DNA from: Epithemia pelagica
Taxonomy: Eukaryota; Protista; Bacillariophyta
Direction of reading: 5' to 3'
Length of the DNA: 64,000 bases
Assembly: GCA_946965045.2 (NCBI GenBank)
Contig: OX337228.1
Span: forward strand, 2,108,001-2,172,000
Shown here: positions 48,243-58,700 of the stretch, in pieces
Layout of the letters: each line of letters begins with the position of its first letter
How positions within the stretch are numbered: position 1 is the stretch's first letter
Made by a program: the position numbers and the translations under genes
Notes under the pieces: generated by a model
What the model was told of the DNA's origin: nothing
Databases searched by the model: none
What the model saw: the letters and a program-made list of their open reading frames with translations, nothing else

Positions 48243-48666
48243 GGTTTCTGGAACTGGCAAGTTGCGTTGAGGCTGACATGGCAAGGCCTCTTCGCTTCTT
48301 GTCCATTAGAGAGAGAGTTTGAGCCGATTGCGTCCCCTGTCCGTTTCCGCCTTTGCGATTGCATGGTGCAACCTGATCGCGTTGGTGGGCCACAAGCGGA
48401 TCCAACAGGAGTCTTGATTTGGGTCTTTCTTTTTGTTCTTTTGGGCCGGTTCCCCTGTCTGAGCATTATGCCAGATCGGACCCTGAGTGGTGAAGGATTA
48501 CCCTTCCCCCCACAACACAACCTAAACTAGAGTTTACGGTTGCGAGAATCTAATGAGATAAGTTTATGATTTGATTCTGCTGTTTGTCTTTGTGTTTGCG
48601 CGAGAGAAAGGGATCCTGAGGTTGGATGGCGACATGGTGGGTGCTGAGCAGGGTTTGCGAGTGCCC
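48243..48666 (+). repeat. Split direct repeat B1 (424 bp)
   Basis: Identical by eye to 49199-49622. Confidence 0.95.
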
Positions 48667-49148
48667 TCAATGTACACCCAAGTTAAGATGGGACCAAGGA
48701 ACATGGTCAGGCCACGTCATGAAGTCTGAGCATTGGCGTTGGAGTGCAAGTCGGGCGGTCCACCCAAAAGAAGAGCCGGCCTCGCTGTCACACAAAGAAT
48801 GAGGCAGAACGGGCGCGCAACTCGGAAGAGGAAATTCCAAAAAGAACATGTGCATCCCATCTACTGCGACAAAGCCTCTTCCATTCCATATCTCAAAGTG
48901 GACTGCCTCCAAATAGAGGATCGTCCGATTCAAGAGGCATGGGCACTCTTGAATCAAACAACAATGCGCCAACAATGGATCCCTAATGAAGCGCGACATG
49001 CGATCCATGACAGACAAGCAAAGACGCAGCAAACAAAACAAGAGGGACACGGAGAGCTCACTCTTTGGGTTTTCTACGGTTCGTCGGCGAAGGTCTGATC
49101 CCCTTTGGCGCCGTTCTTGATTTCTAAAGAGTTGAAACTCCAACTTTC
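48667..49148 (+). repeat. Split direct repeat A2
   Basis: Copy of A1, abutting B1. Confidence 0.95.
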
Positions 49149-49198
49149 GTGGGTACGGATAGTACCCATTTCTTCTTTTTTCCCTCCCTTCCCACCCT

Positions 49199-49622
49199 GG
49201 TTTCTGGAACTGGCAAGTTGCGTTGAGGCTGACATGGCAAGGCCTCTTCGCTTCTTGTCCATTAGAGAGAGAGTTTGAGCCGATTGCGTCCCCTGTCCGT
49301 TTCCGCCTTTGCGATTGCATGGTGCAACCTGATCGCGTTGGTGGGCCACAAGCGGATCCAACAGGAGTCTTGATTTGGGTCTTTCTTTTTGTTCTTTTGG
49401 GCCGGTTCCCCTGTCTGAGCATTATGCCAGATCGGACCCTGAGTGGTGAAGGATTACCCTTCCCCCCACAACACAACCTAAACTAGAGTTTACGGTTGCG
49501 AGAATCTAATGAGATAAGTTTATGATTTGATTCTGCTGTTTGTCTTTGTGTTTGCGCGAGAGAAAGGGATCCTGAGGTTGGATGGCGACATGGTGGGTGC
49601 TGAGCAGGGTTTGCGAGTGCCC
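49199..49622 (+). repeat. Split direct repeat B2
   Basis: Copy of B1; right terminus of the element. Confidence 0.95.
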
Positions 49623-49889
49623 AGCATGGCGATGGCGTGTGTGTGGGGGGGGGGGCGTGCCGATCTGCTATGAATGATGGATCGCATGGCCGACTTTCCG
49701 TTATATTCAATAAATGTTTTCCTTACCACTTCCTCGCGCAGACGGAGAGGACACGCGCCAACTCCATCGAGGTGCACAACCTGCATCCAGCGTCCAATAA
49801 ATGAGCAAGAATCATTGTCAATACAAGTTCATCGAGAAAGAAGCATTCGGACGACTCATTCCAGTGGACTGTGCTTGCTTGTGGAATCT

Positions 49890-51701
49890 ATGTCGACAGT
49901 CCTTCCACTCGTAAATGGCGGACAGGGGAATGGCGCCAACAACAGCGAAAACCAAGGAGCAGGAGTTGAATATGGTGAACAGCAACAACCGAAAAATGAG
50001 AAAAGTGGTGCTCGTGTTAGACGAGCACATCCACCCGTCAACGACAAAACTCCATTCACCAGTCCTGGGATGAGTGGACATCCCAGCAAATCACACCATC
50101 TATTGGTGGGATTGACTGTTGCTGGAGTGGCATCTACCTTGCTGACAACAGTGTTTAGCCTTTTTCATGTGGATGTATTTTTGAGTGCCTACGAACTACC
50201 CTTGGCTTCCTACTCGCGAGGGAGCTTCATCTTTTCCGTCATCAATACTCTCAATGATGTCGTGGGAGCTTGGGTGGTGGATCAGTCTTCCGCTGCCTCG
50301 ATCGATCGGAGCGATATGGTTGGCCTCGCGGGCTGCGTCTTTTGTCTTTGTTTTCTCACTCCCTTCTTTCGATGGAGACACCAACAACCAATTCAAGCAC
50401 AGAACCATCTAATATCCCCTGCTTGGAAAGATACATGTCATTTTGTAATGACAATGTCTCTCTATGATACGCTCTACTCTTTTACATCCATTCTCATGGG
50501 TTCCATAGTCGTGGATGATCACACAATGACAGACAATAATCGCGTCCAGTTTATGGCCAGTGGCAAAGTTGTCAACCTCTTTGCTTCGTTCATCGTTGCG
50601 AGGATTGGACTGGCAGTTTTTGATGTGAACGATTTGTTTGATTTTCGGGTGTTTGTGGTTGTCGTTGCAACGGTGGCAACAGGTCTATTTGTGGCTTCTC
50701 AGTTTCTCATGAACGGAATACCTACGTTTTTTCGAGACCTTCGGTGGCCACGGGACAACAGTCGCAAACATACACGTGGGAGTTTTCAAACAGGGTCTCC
50801 TGCACGCCCATCAGCATCGTCAGGTACCTTTTCTCCAAGACGACGGCGCGATCAGGATCATGACACACACCAACTGCGCAAGTTGCAGTGGAGAACTGTT
50901 ATATCCGACTTTTGGAAGCATAGCAACTTCCATAAATGGATTGTAATGGAGATGCTCCTGGAAGCTCAGGTCACATTTTCAGCGTTTTTCCTGAAAACCT
51001 TTGTCGATGGGCTCATACACGTGGACGGCGGTCTTAGCCGAGAATCGTGTGACTGGTTCATGGCAACGGTTCGGCCAATGAAACAAATAGCAACCATTTT
51101 TGCCTACATTCCAATCCGCCATTATGGGTATCCCAAAATGTACACCGCCCTTTTTGTTGCCAACTTTGCTGTAGCGGGACTGATGTTCCTTTACTCAAAT
51201 TCGCAATCCCCGGTGACAATCCTTGTCTTTCTCACATTTTACTGTGTGGCCACTGGAGCCGTCAAGTCTTCCGGTAAGACATCGCTCCTCTGTTAAGTGT
51301 TTTCCTGGTTGCTCGAACAAACATGGTCTCACAACGGACGTTGTATCTCTGTGGATTTCATCGTAGGATTCCACTTGGCCATGGCGGACATGGTGCTTGA
51401 AATGAAACAGATTCATGCGACAGAAGGCCGTATGGTTGAACCCTCCTTGGCCGCGTTATTCATGGGTATGAACGCCCTCTTTTGTAAACCAGCTGAGGCC
51501 ATTTTACCTGTCATTGCGGCAAGCGTGATGGACCGAAACTCGTCGGACGAGCGCAGCTTGTTTTATTTGCTTGTGGGCCCCCCAATCGTTTGCTCGGTGA
51601 TTCAGTTTGTAGTTTGGCAACGTTTTAGCTTGACATCATCCAAAACTGCGTCAATGCGGTCAGAGCTCCTTTCACTCAAGGAGCATGACATGGTCTCTTA
51701 A
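49890..51701 (+). CDS. MFS-fold transporter, MFSD13A/TMEM180-like (2 exons)
   Basis: SLFHVDVFL...IFSVINTLNDVVG, multiple TM helices in two halves, C-terminal LFMGMNALFCKPAEAILP. Intron 51274-51366. Confidence 0.7.
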
Positions 51702-52078
51702 AACTTGCCAGAACAACGTCTTGTTAAGTTGACGTTCCAAGTTCCAACGTGTTCTGGTGTCCAAAACCGAGTGAGAGGTCTGAGGCTCTCCTCAACCCCA
51801 TCATCTTGCGTACGAAAAATGACTACAAGTATGAGCTTCGACGCAGGTATGGGACGGGGACAAGGCATCTTGAATCTTGATTCCGAACTAAAGCGTTCTG
51901 TCTAGTCGCTTGAAGAATTGGCCAATTGGCTTTGCCTGACCTCAACTTGACAGGCAAATGGCTTGCCACAACAACCTACTACAGACACTCCAGATTGGTG
52001 CCAGAAAACGCACATGGCTGGGTTCGTACCAATGGCAATAGTGGAATCTACCTAGATAGAATCTGCCAAGTTGATCAA

Positions 52079-53203
52079 CTAGGTAGTGGATTTGCGTGCT
52101 TTTTTGGCTGGTACTTGATCTTCTGGTATGAGACATGCCTGTAATTCAAATTCTTCCATATCTTGCGACTCCACAAGATAGCTTCCATAACGATGAAGGT
52201 GTGCTTCATCGTCAAATACGACATGGAAGAGTTTGGCCGGGAGACCCGTTTTCTCCGACACGTAGCCTGGCTGTCCGGCCGTGTCGACATCCGACTCGGA
52301 TATCCACCCCGTCACTTTGCCAATCTGTTCGACCGTAATGGTTCGACGAGCGGATACTGCGTGCTCTTGTGCATAGAGTACCAATCGTCCCAAATATTCG
52401 TGATCTGTGGTCCTCCATGGCGGATCCCCTTCATCCTTGCCCACGGAAGAGGCTGTTGTGGTCTCATTGGCAAAGTGACTCAAGGCCGTCTTTTTGCTGG
52501 TAAAAATTTTGCCATTGGGAGCCGTTATTTTCCATCGATTATTCCCCGTCGAAACTGCCTGCCAACCTTGGCCTAACCCCATTTGAATGGCAATCTCTCC
52601 TGGGTCTTTGTGCCCCGATACCAACGACCGAATTTGCTCCTCGGGGATTCCATTTTGTTTTGATTTGTCAATCCCATAATAGACCTGATACCGGAATCCC
52701 TCATGATGCTCTTTGCGTCGCAGGATTTTTGCTTCAAACCAGTCATCTTCAAAGAGGACTTCTACTTTGTCACCTTTTTCAAACAATGCCATCCTTGGCA
52801 ACATGTGTCCGCCCTTGAAGCGAAAGGGATCGGCACCGTCCTCCTCCCAGTTTTGACAAGCCGCCATGGCACCATGGTGGTTGTACCACATGTCGCAACC
52901 AGTGCCAGGCTTGCCGGCATAAATCCGATCCACAATGCATAGTTTCGAGTGACGCTTTGGGTCCTTGGTTTGGTCGCCTCCCGTGGTTGTGGCGGTGGTG
53001 GTTGTGGTTGCAGGTTCCTCGGATGGGTCGGCGGCTTTTTTGGGTGGTACTAATAGTTGCGCTTCGAGCGTTCGAACCACATGCCATTCACTGGGGTATC
53101 CCAGCGCAAATGCCAATTGCTGCTCTTCTTCATCGGATCTTGTGGGCCGAGGCTCCCATAATGCTCGACCTAAAGCATCCAAGACCGATTGCTCCGACGC
53201 CAT
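52079..53203 (-). CDS. Putative chromatin reader with Tudor/Agenet-like and MBD-like segments
   Basis: FEKGDKVEVLFEDDWFEAKIL...YQVYY (Tudor-like); GQGW...WKITAPNGKIFTSKKTA (MBD-like); C-terminal NLS-like PAKKARK. Start is set at MASEQ. Confidence 0.55.
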   Translation of the reverse strand: MASEQSVLDALGRALWEPRPTRSDEEEQQLAFALGYPSEWHVVRTLEAQLLVPPKKAADPSEEPATTTTTATTTGGDQTKDPKRHSKLCIVDRIYAGKPGTGCDMWYNHHGAMAACQNWEEDGADPFRFKGGHMLPRMALFEKGDKVEVLFEDDWFEAKILRRKEHHEGFRYQVYYGIDKSKQNGIPEEQIRSLVSGHKDPGEIAIQMGLGQGWQAVSTGNNRWKITAPNGKIFTSKKTALSHFANETTTASSVGKDEGDPPWRTTDHEYLGRLVLYAQEHAVSARRTITVEQIGKVTGWISESDVDTAGQPGYVSEKTGLPAKLFHVVFDDEAHLHRYGSYLVESQDMEEFELQACLIPEDQVPAKKARKSTT

Positions 53204-53730
53204 GTCTCGAGATTCTGGACCCTTCTCGAACTCATGTGCCGCGACGACCTTCCCATTGGTTTCGATCGCTCCAAAGTCGCGCTCGTGAAAGCGCGATCGA
53301 TGGGCTGGAGTTACAATACCCCCTAACTTATCACCGGAACATTGATGCGGGTGAAGAAGCCCCCGCACTCGCATCAACATTCCTACTAGAAACTTAACAG
53401 TTATCCGTAGTTTTGTCATGCGAGTGTGCTTTAACGGATAGAATGACAGACGATTACCGATACTCTTCAGCTTTGGCGCGGCAAATCGTTGCCCTCGCAG
53501 CCCTTGCATGCCCGCAGTGACTTGCACGCAATTTTTGCGAGCGCCCGCGCTAAATTTTTAGATTTGGAGTCCCCCCTCGCACTCGCACCTGCCCCCGCAC
53601 CAAAAAGTAGCCTGATAAGTTACCGTGTTAATCCCGCCGTCCGTCCGGCGGATGCGCTTGAATCGCTCGACACGACACAGGGTGTCGATTCGTTCGAACC
53701 AGAACGCCGCCGCAAACAGCATACTCCACC

Positions 53731-55182
53731 ATGGAAGCCTTGCATCCGGAACAACACTATCCACAACAACAACAACAACAACAACAAGGCCACTATTATG
53801 ACGATCGTCAAGAAGAGTATCGACAGGCTCAACGAGCGGCGGTGGAAGCCGTCCATGTCGGACGGGAAACCTTGCAACACTCGGTCCAACAAGGCGAACA
53901 GCTGAATCGTGCCCTATCGATGGCCGACGAAACGGAATACAAACTCGACAAGGCGGGAAGGATCTTACGAGGAATGACCTGGAGTGGATGGGTGGCCAAC
54001 ATGTTTACCAAACCCGTCGGACCCACCACCCAAGACACGGAACCCACCAGCAGCAGCAGCAGCAGCCGTACAGCCGCCGCCGTTCCAGCCGTGTACGACC
54101 AGGTGACGCCCGAATGCCAAGAGACGGCTCAGGCCTTGCAGAATTACAATGCCAATGTCACTGTACTGGAATCCTGTGATACAGAAGACCAAAAGCAAAC
54201 GCTCCAAACCATTTGCGATACCATGTACGACAACGCCCACCGTTCGTTGGGGCAACTCAAAGAAGATCATCCCAAACTCGATGCCTATGCCATTCAGTTC
54301 GAGAGAGACTTGGCAATTCTGAGAAACCGCCAGAAACAATCACAGGAAAGAACGAGGCAGCTTGGCTCTCTTCCATCCACCACAGGTACTCGAAATGTTG
54401 AGAACGAAACGGATCAGGACCGAGCCGAACTTTTTTCGTCCGTGGTGTCGTCTCAGAAAAAGCCCCAAGATTCTACGGGAGTTGACCGGAAACGAAACAC
54501 GGAGATTCACCCACACCAACGAGAACAAGACCAACATTTGGCCGTCATGGCGCAGTCGTTGGGAGAACTGGGTACGATTGCTCAAAACTTGCATACATCC
54601 ATTGGCCAGCAATCTCATACCATTGACTCATTGGATACACGGACCGACACAATAACGGAAAAGTCGAAAATGGTGACTCGACGTGCCGATCGCATGGTTC
54701 AGAAACGATCCTGGACCCCGGTCAAGGCAACCTTTTATTCACACGTGGTCATTCGCCACGTTGCCACAGGTCGTTACCTGGCCTCTGTGGATACGAGCAA
54801 CTTGGTCCTCGTCCCCCGGTACCATCCGGACACGAGTGTGTTTGGATTGTGGAATCGACAGGGCACCATTTTTGGCCTGCAAAACAAACACAACAACCGA
54901 TGGGCCGGTCAAAGTGTGTTTGGTTCCTTGGCCTGTTCGGCCTCTTGGTTTGGTCGGAGAGAAGAATGGGAGGCCGGCGACGATGATTGGAAGAGTACCC
55001 GCCTCTTGTGTTGTTCGGCGGGATGGGGGGCCGGAGGCTACTTGACCGTCCGGCCCCACGATTTTGCCGTCTTGATTGGGGGATGTACCGTCGAAGAACG
55101 CAACAAGGCCGATGTCTGGTCCATTGTTTCCCAGGACGATCACGAACCCACCACCCTGGCGGCCGTTGCTCCGTCGGGATAA
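53731..55182 (+). CDS. SNAP25-like Qbc SNARE with a C-terminal beta-trefoil (fascin/ricin-like) extension
   Basis: Qb motif GRETLQHSVQQGEQL...RILRGMTW; Qc motif QDQHLAVMAQSLGELGTIAQNLHTSIGQQ; C-terminal IRHVATGRYL...FGLQNKHNNRW repeats. Confidence 0.72.
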   Translation: MEALHPEQHYPQQQQQQQQGHYYDDRQEEYRQAQRAAVEAVHVGRETLQHSVQQGEQLNRALSMADETEYKLDKAGRILRGMTWSGWVANMFTKPVGPTTQDTEPTSSSSSSRTAAAVPAVYDQVTPECQETAQALQNYNANVTVLESCDTEDQKQTLQTICDTMYDNAHRSLGQLKEDHPKLDAYAIQFERDLAILRNRQKQSQERTRQLGSLPSTTGTRNVENETDQDRAELFSSVVSSQKKPQDSTGVDRKRNTEIHPHQREQDQHLAVMAQSLGELGTIAQNLHTSIGQQSHTIDSLDTRTDTITEKSKMVTRRADRMVQKRSWTPVKATFYSHVVIRHVATGRYLASVDTSNLVLVPRYHPDTSVFGLWNRQGTIFGLQNKHNNRWAGQSVFGSLACSASWFGRREEWEAGDDDWKSTRLLCCSAGWGAGGYLTVRPHDFAVLIGGCTVEERNKADVWSIVSQDDHEPTTLAAVAPSG

Positions 55183-55789
55183 AACTCCCAGTCACAACAA
55201 CAAGGAGAATCCAGTATATTATATGAAAGTCAGGATTGGCCTTTCATACTATCATACTACTCATACCAACGGTGGTCTCTGTGGTTGTCTACCGAGGTAG
55301 GTAGGTAGATCCATTATTAGGAGTACCTAGTTTTGAACCAGGAGCCTCTAGCTACCAGCAATCTTTTAGCGGTCCTCATCCCCTTTTATATTGGGGGCGG
55401 GGCGGGGGTGGAGTTTTTTTCACTCCACGGGAACACACGACCCGGCGCATCGTCCAAGAACTTTTTGCAAGTTGCTCGTCGAACGAGAAAATGACAATAC
55501 GAACGGGAGCATAATTTATTTTAGAAATCCATTGCTTCTTGTCTCTTCATTGAGAGCATTGGCAAATCATTCTCTTGTGTGTGACAGATTGATTGTTGGC
55601 GTACATCTCTGTTCGAGCTAGTGTGTGTGTGTGACCCAAACCACGCCGTGGCTGCCAAAGAAAGACTATTCCATCCAAGAGAGTGTAGCGGTGGTAAAGG
55701 AAGACACATATCTGCTCGAAACCAGGACGACGAGCAGCACTCCTAGTACCAGGAGCACAGTCTTGGATTTCATTGTTGCTCCTCCCACA

Positions 55790-58700
55790 ATGACAACCAA
55801 ACCTCAATATTCGAGTGTGCAACAACACGACGACGACCAAGACCAAGAAGAACCCAATCCCATGTTCCATGACGACGACGACGACGATGAAGAAGATCCC
55901 CTCGCTGCGAATTCGCAACACCGCGACAAGCAACAGCACCCAAGACCTCGGCAACATTCCAATCACCACAACAACAATAACAACAATCAAGTAGTGTATT
56001 TGCTGTGGGTCGTGTTGATCACCTTGGTGGGTGCGATTCTGGTGGGATTGCTCCTCGTTCGGAGAGGTGCATCCAACAGCAGCATCAAGGACGCCACCCA
56101 CAACGACAACGACAACAACGACCCACTGGTGGGCTTGACGCACACAACATCCGGTTCCTCGTCGTCATCGTCGTCGTATGTGGTTTCGCACACGAGTCAA
56201 CCACTTCCCTGGGATCCCTTGAATCTCAACCACAACAACAAGAAGAATGAATGGGCTTTGCCACAATCACCTTTGCCCTGGATGGACCATTCTGGCACCC
56301 ACCCGGAGGACAACAATGACGACGACGAGGACGAACCAGGTGGCGCCTATCTGATTCAGCCGCACATTGTCAATGATACCTTGGTGTTTGTGGCCGAAGG
56401 GGATTTGTACATGACTCGACTACTCGATACTACTACTTCTACTACCGTGACAATGTCGGCGGCTTGGAAATTGACCACGACGGTGGGCAATGTGCGGACA
56501 CCCCGCTGGCATCCGACCCTCCCTCTGGTGGCCTACACGGCCACCTACACGGCGCATCGACAAGTCTACCTGACCGATTTTCGATCCACCAGCAATAGCA
56601 GTCCTCGACAGTACCAACTCACGTATTGGAATGGACCCGGCGTGTGGGACGTTGTGGGGTGGAAAACGGACGATACACTCCTCGTGGCAGCGCCGTCCCA
56701 GGCCGTCTCCTTGCCCGATACACGATTGTACGAAATTACCTTGTCGTCCTCGTCGTCGTCGTCGTCATTGTTGTTTGAGGAGGGAGCTGGGAAGACTCTG
56801 AGTGCGTCTCCCACTACCACCACTCCCTTGCAAATTACCCCCATCCCCTTGGCACAAGCCATTGATGGAGTGTATTATCCTCCTTCTTCATCATCAACCA
56901 CCACCAGCACCAAGAATCAAGAGGACCACAAGAACCACCAGGACTGTTTGGTCTTTACCCGCGTCCAGCAATCGTCTCATACCATTCGCTATGTGGGCGG
57001 TACGGCCGAATCCTTGTGGCTCTATTGTCACGGTCAAGACCAAGCCTTGGCCTTGACGCACGATTACAATGGAACCAGCAAACACGCGCAGTTTTATCGA
57101 CTGCCCAACGACCCCGAGGACGAAGATACTCGTATGTGGGACTTTGTCTTGTTTCTCAGTGATCGCTCCTGGAATTCCGAGACGGCGTCCTGGTATCCCA
57201 CCACCATGAATTTGTGGGCCTTGCCCTTGTCCACGACTGGGGGACTGGAGGCCTATTATGACCATCCTTCTCCGCCAGAGTCGCCGCAGTATTCGGACCA
57301 GGGTGCCGCGGTAGACGTGTCGGCCATGACGCGTCCCATTGCGTTGACGCAAATTTCGTGCGATTTAAATGGTCAATCGCTTCAAGAATATTCCGTGGAT
57401 GCCGTCACGGGGCGGATCGTTCTACGAGTCGGTGCCGATCTCTATACACTCTCGGCGCACCAAATGGCGCCCCGCTTGCGGTATGCCGCTCGACAGGTCG
57501 TCAACAACAACAACAACGACGACAAGAATCCAGGCACGACGGATACGGCTTCCTTACCGCCCCTGGTGCCGCCGACCCGCTTGTCCATTTCCGTGTTCAG
57601 TGATTTTCACGAAACACACGAACGACTCATTCCCTTGCAAATGCACAAACATTTTGAGTTTGCCGATGTCATTGTCATGGGAGATTCCGAGGATGCAATA
57701 CCTCCCGCAGCTCTCTTGACGGTTCGAGGACAAGCTTGGATGACGCCACGATTGTCGTCGTCGTCGTCATCGCCAACACCCTATCAAGGGGGCGGACAGA
57801 ACTTGCCGGGTCGAACCTACCGATTGGCACCCAGCAGTTTGACCGGAGGATCCCTGCGCGTTTTGGTGGCCAAAACCATTCCTCCTCCGCAGTCTTTTTC
57901 GTCTCACAAGAGCAGTCGCACTCGTTGGGCCGTGATTCTTGCAACCAATCCCAAGAGCCCCACGGCCGAATTGGCCTTTTACGTTCTTCCCAGTCACCCT
58001 GGAGCACCCAATTCCTTTTCGACGCCATCACAACCTCCTCCCTTGTTGGAGGAGGGTCTGGGCAGTATCTATGCCGAGTCTGTCGTGGTCAGTCCCTGTG
58101 GCCGACGACTGGCCTGGGCCGATACCAATGGACGAATTTGTGTCATGAATCTACCACTGGTCTACCAAGAGGATTGGGCCGAAACCAACACCAACAGCAC
58201 CACGAATGAGTCAGGGTTCAACCGCACGAACAACAGCAACAAAAGCAGCAACTCCAATTTGTACACTGTATTGCCATCTCACAATGAATATGGGGAACCC
58301 ATGGTGGCCAGTCACGACTTGACCCTTACCTGGAGTCCAGGAGGACGCTATTTGGCCGTCAATCATTTGGCACAGAACCAATTCTTTGTGATTACATTGG
58401 TAGATTGTGGTCTTGCTCCCAGCCCCCAATCGTCCACGACGACAACTACCCGGAGCAACACCACCACGACTCGTACCGTCACCACCACGGAGGCTCGCCG
58501 TATGACACTGGGACGTGCCGTCCAAGTGACACCCAGTCGATTCAACTCGGTCGGATGCTATTTTGGTAGCACACGAGCGGATACAAAGTTGGATCAATAC
58601 CGTCAACAATGGATGGAACAACAAGCCAAGGACAAGGATACTCCCAACGACGACGACAACAACAAAGACACGAGCTCATCACCATCCTATAGCACCTTGT

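Larger units (their letters stand above)
39925..49622 (+). mobile_element. Tyrosine-recombinase (DIRS-order) retrotransposon with split direct repeats (PAT/TOC1- or Ngaro-type architecture)
   Basis: Layout A1-ORFs-B1-A2-spacer-B2. Encodes gag-like, RT-RNaseH and YR ORFs. No TSD and no DDE integrase. Confidence 0.93.

Noticed and set aside
49640-49660. G-rich tracts (also 55393-55411) as G-quadruplexes
   Set aside because: A single G run, or only three long runs; no further support.
49674-49889. Upstream extension of the MFS transporter ORF (and 53204-53527 of the Tudor ORF)
   Set aside because: Reads as promoter/UTR-like sequence; better-context ATGs lie downstream.
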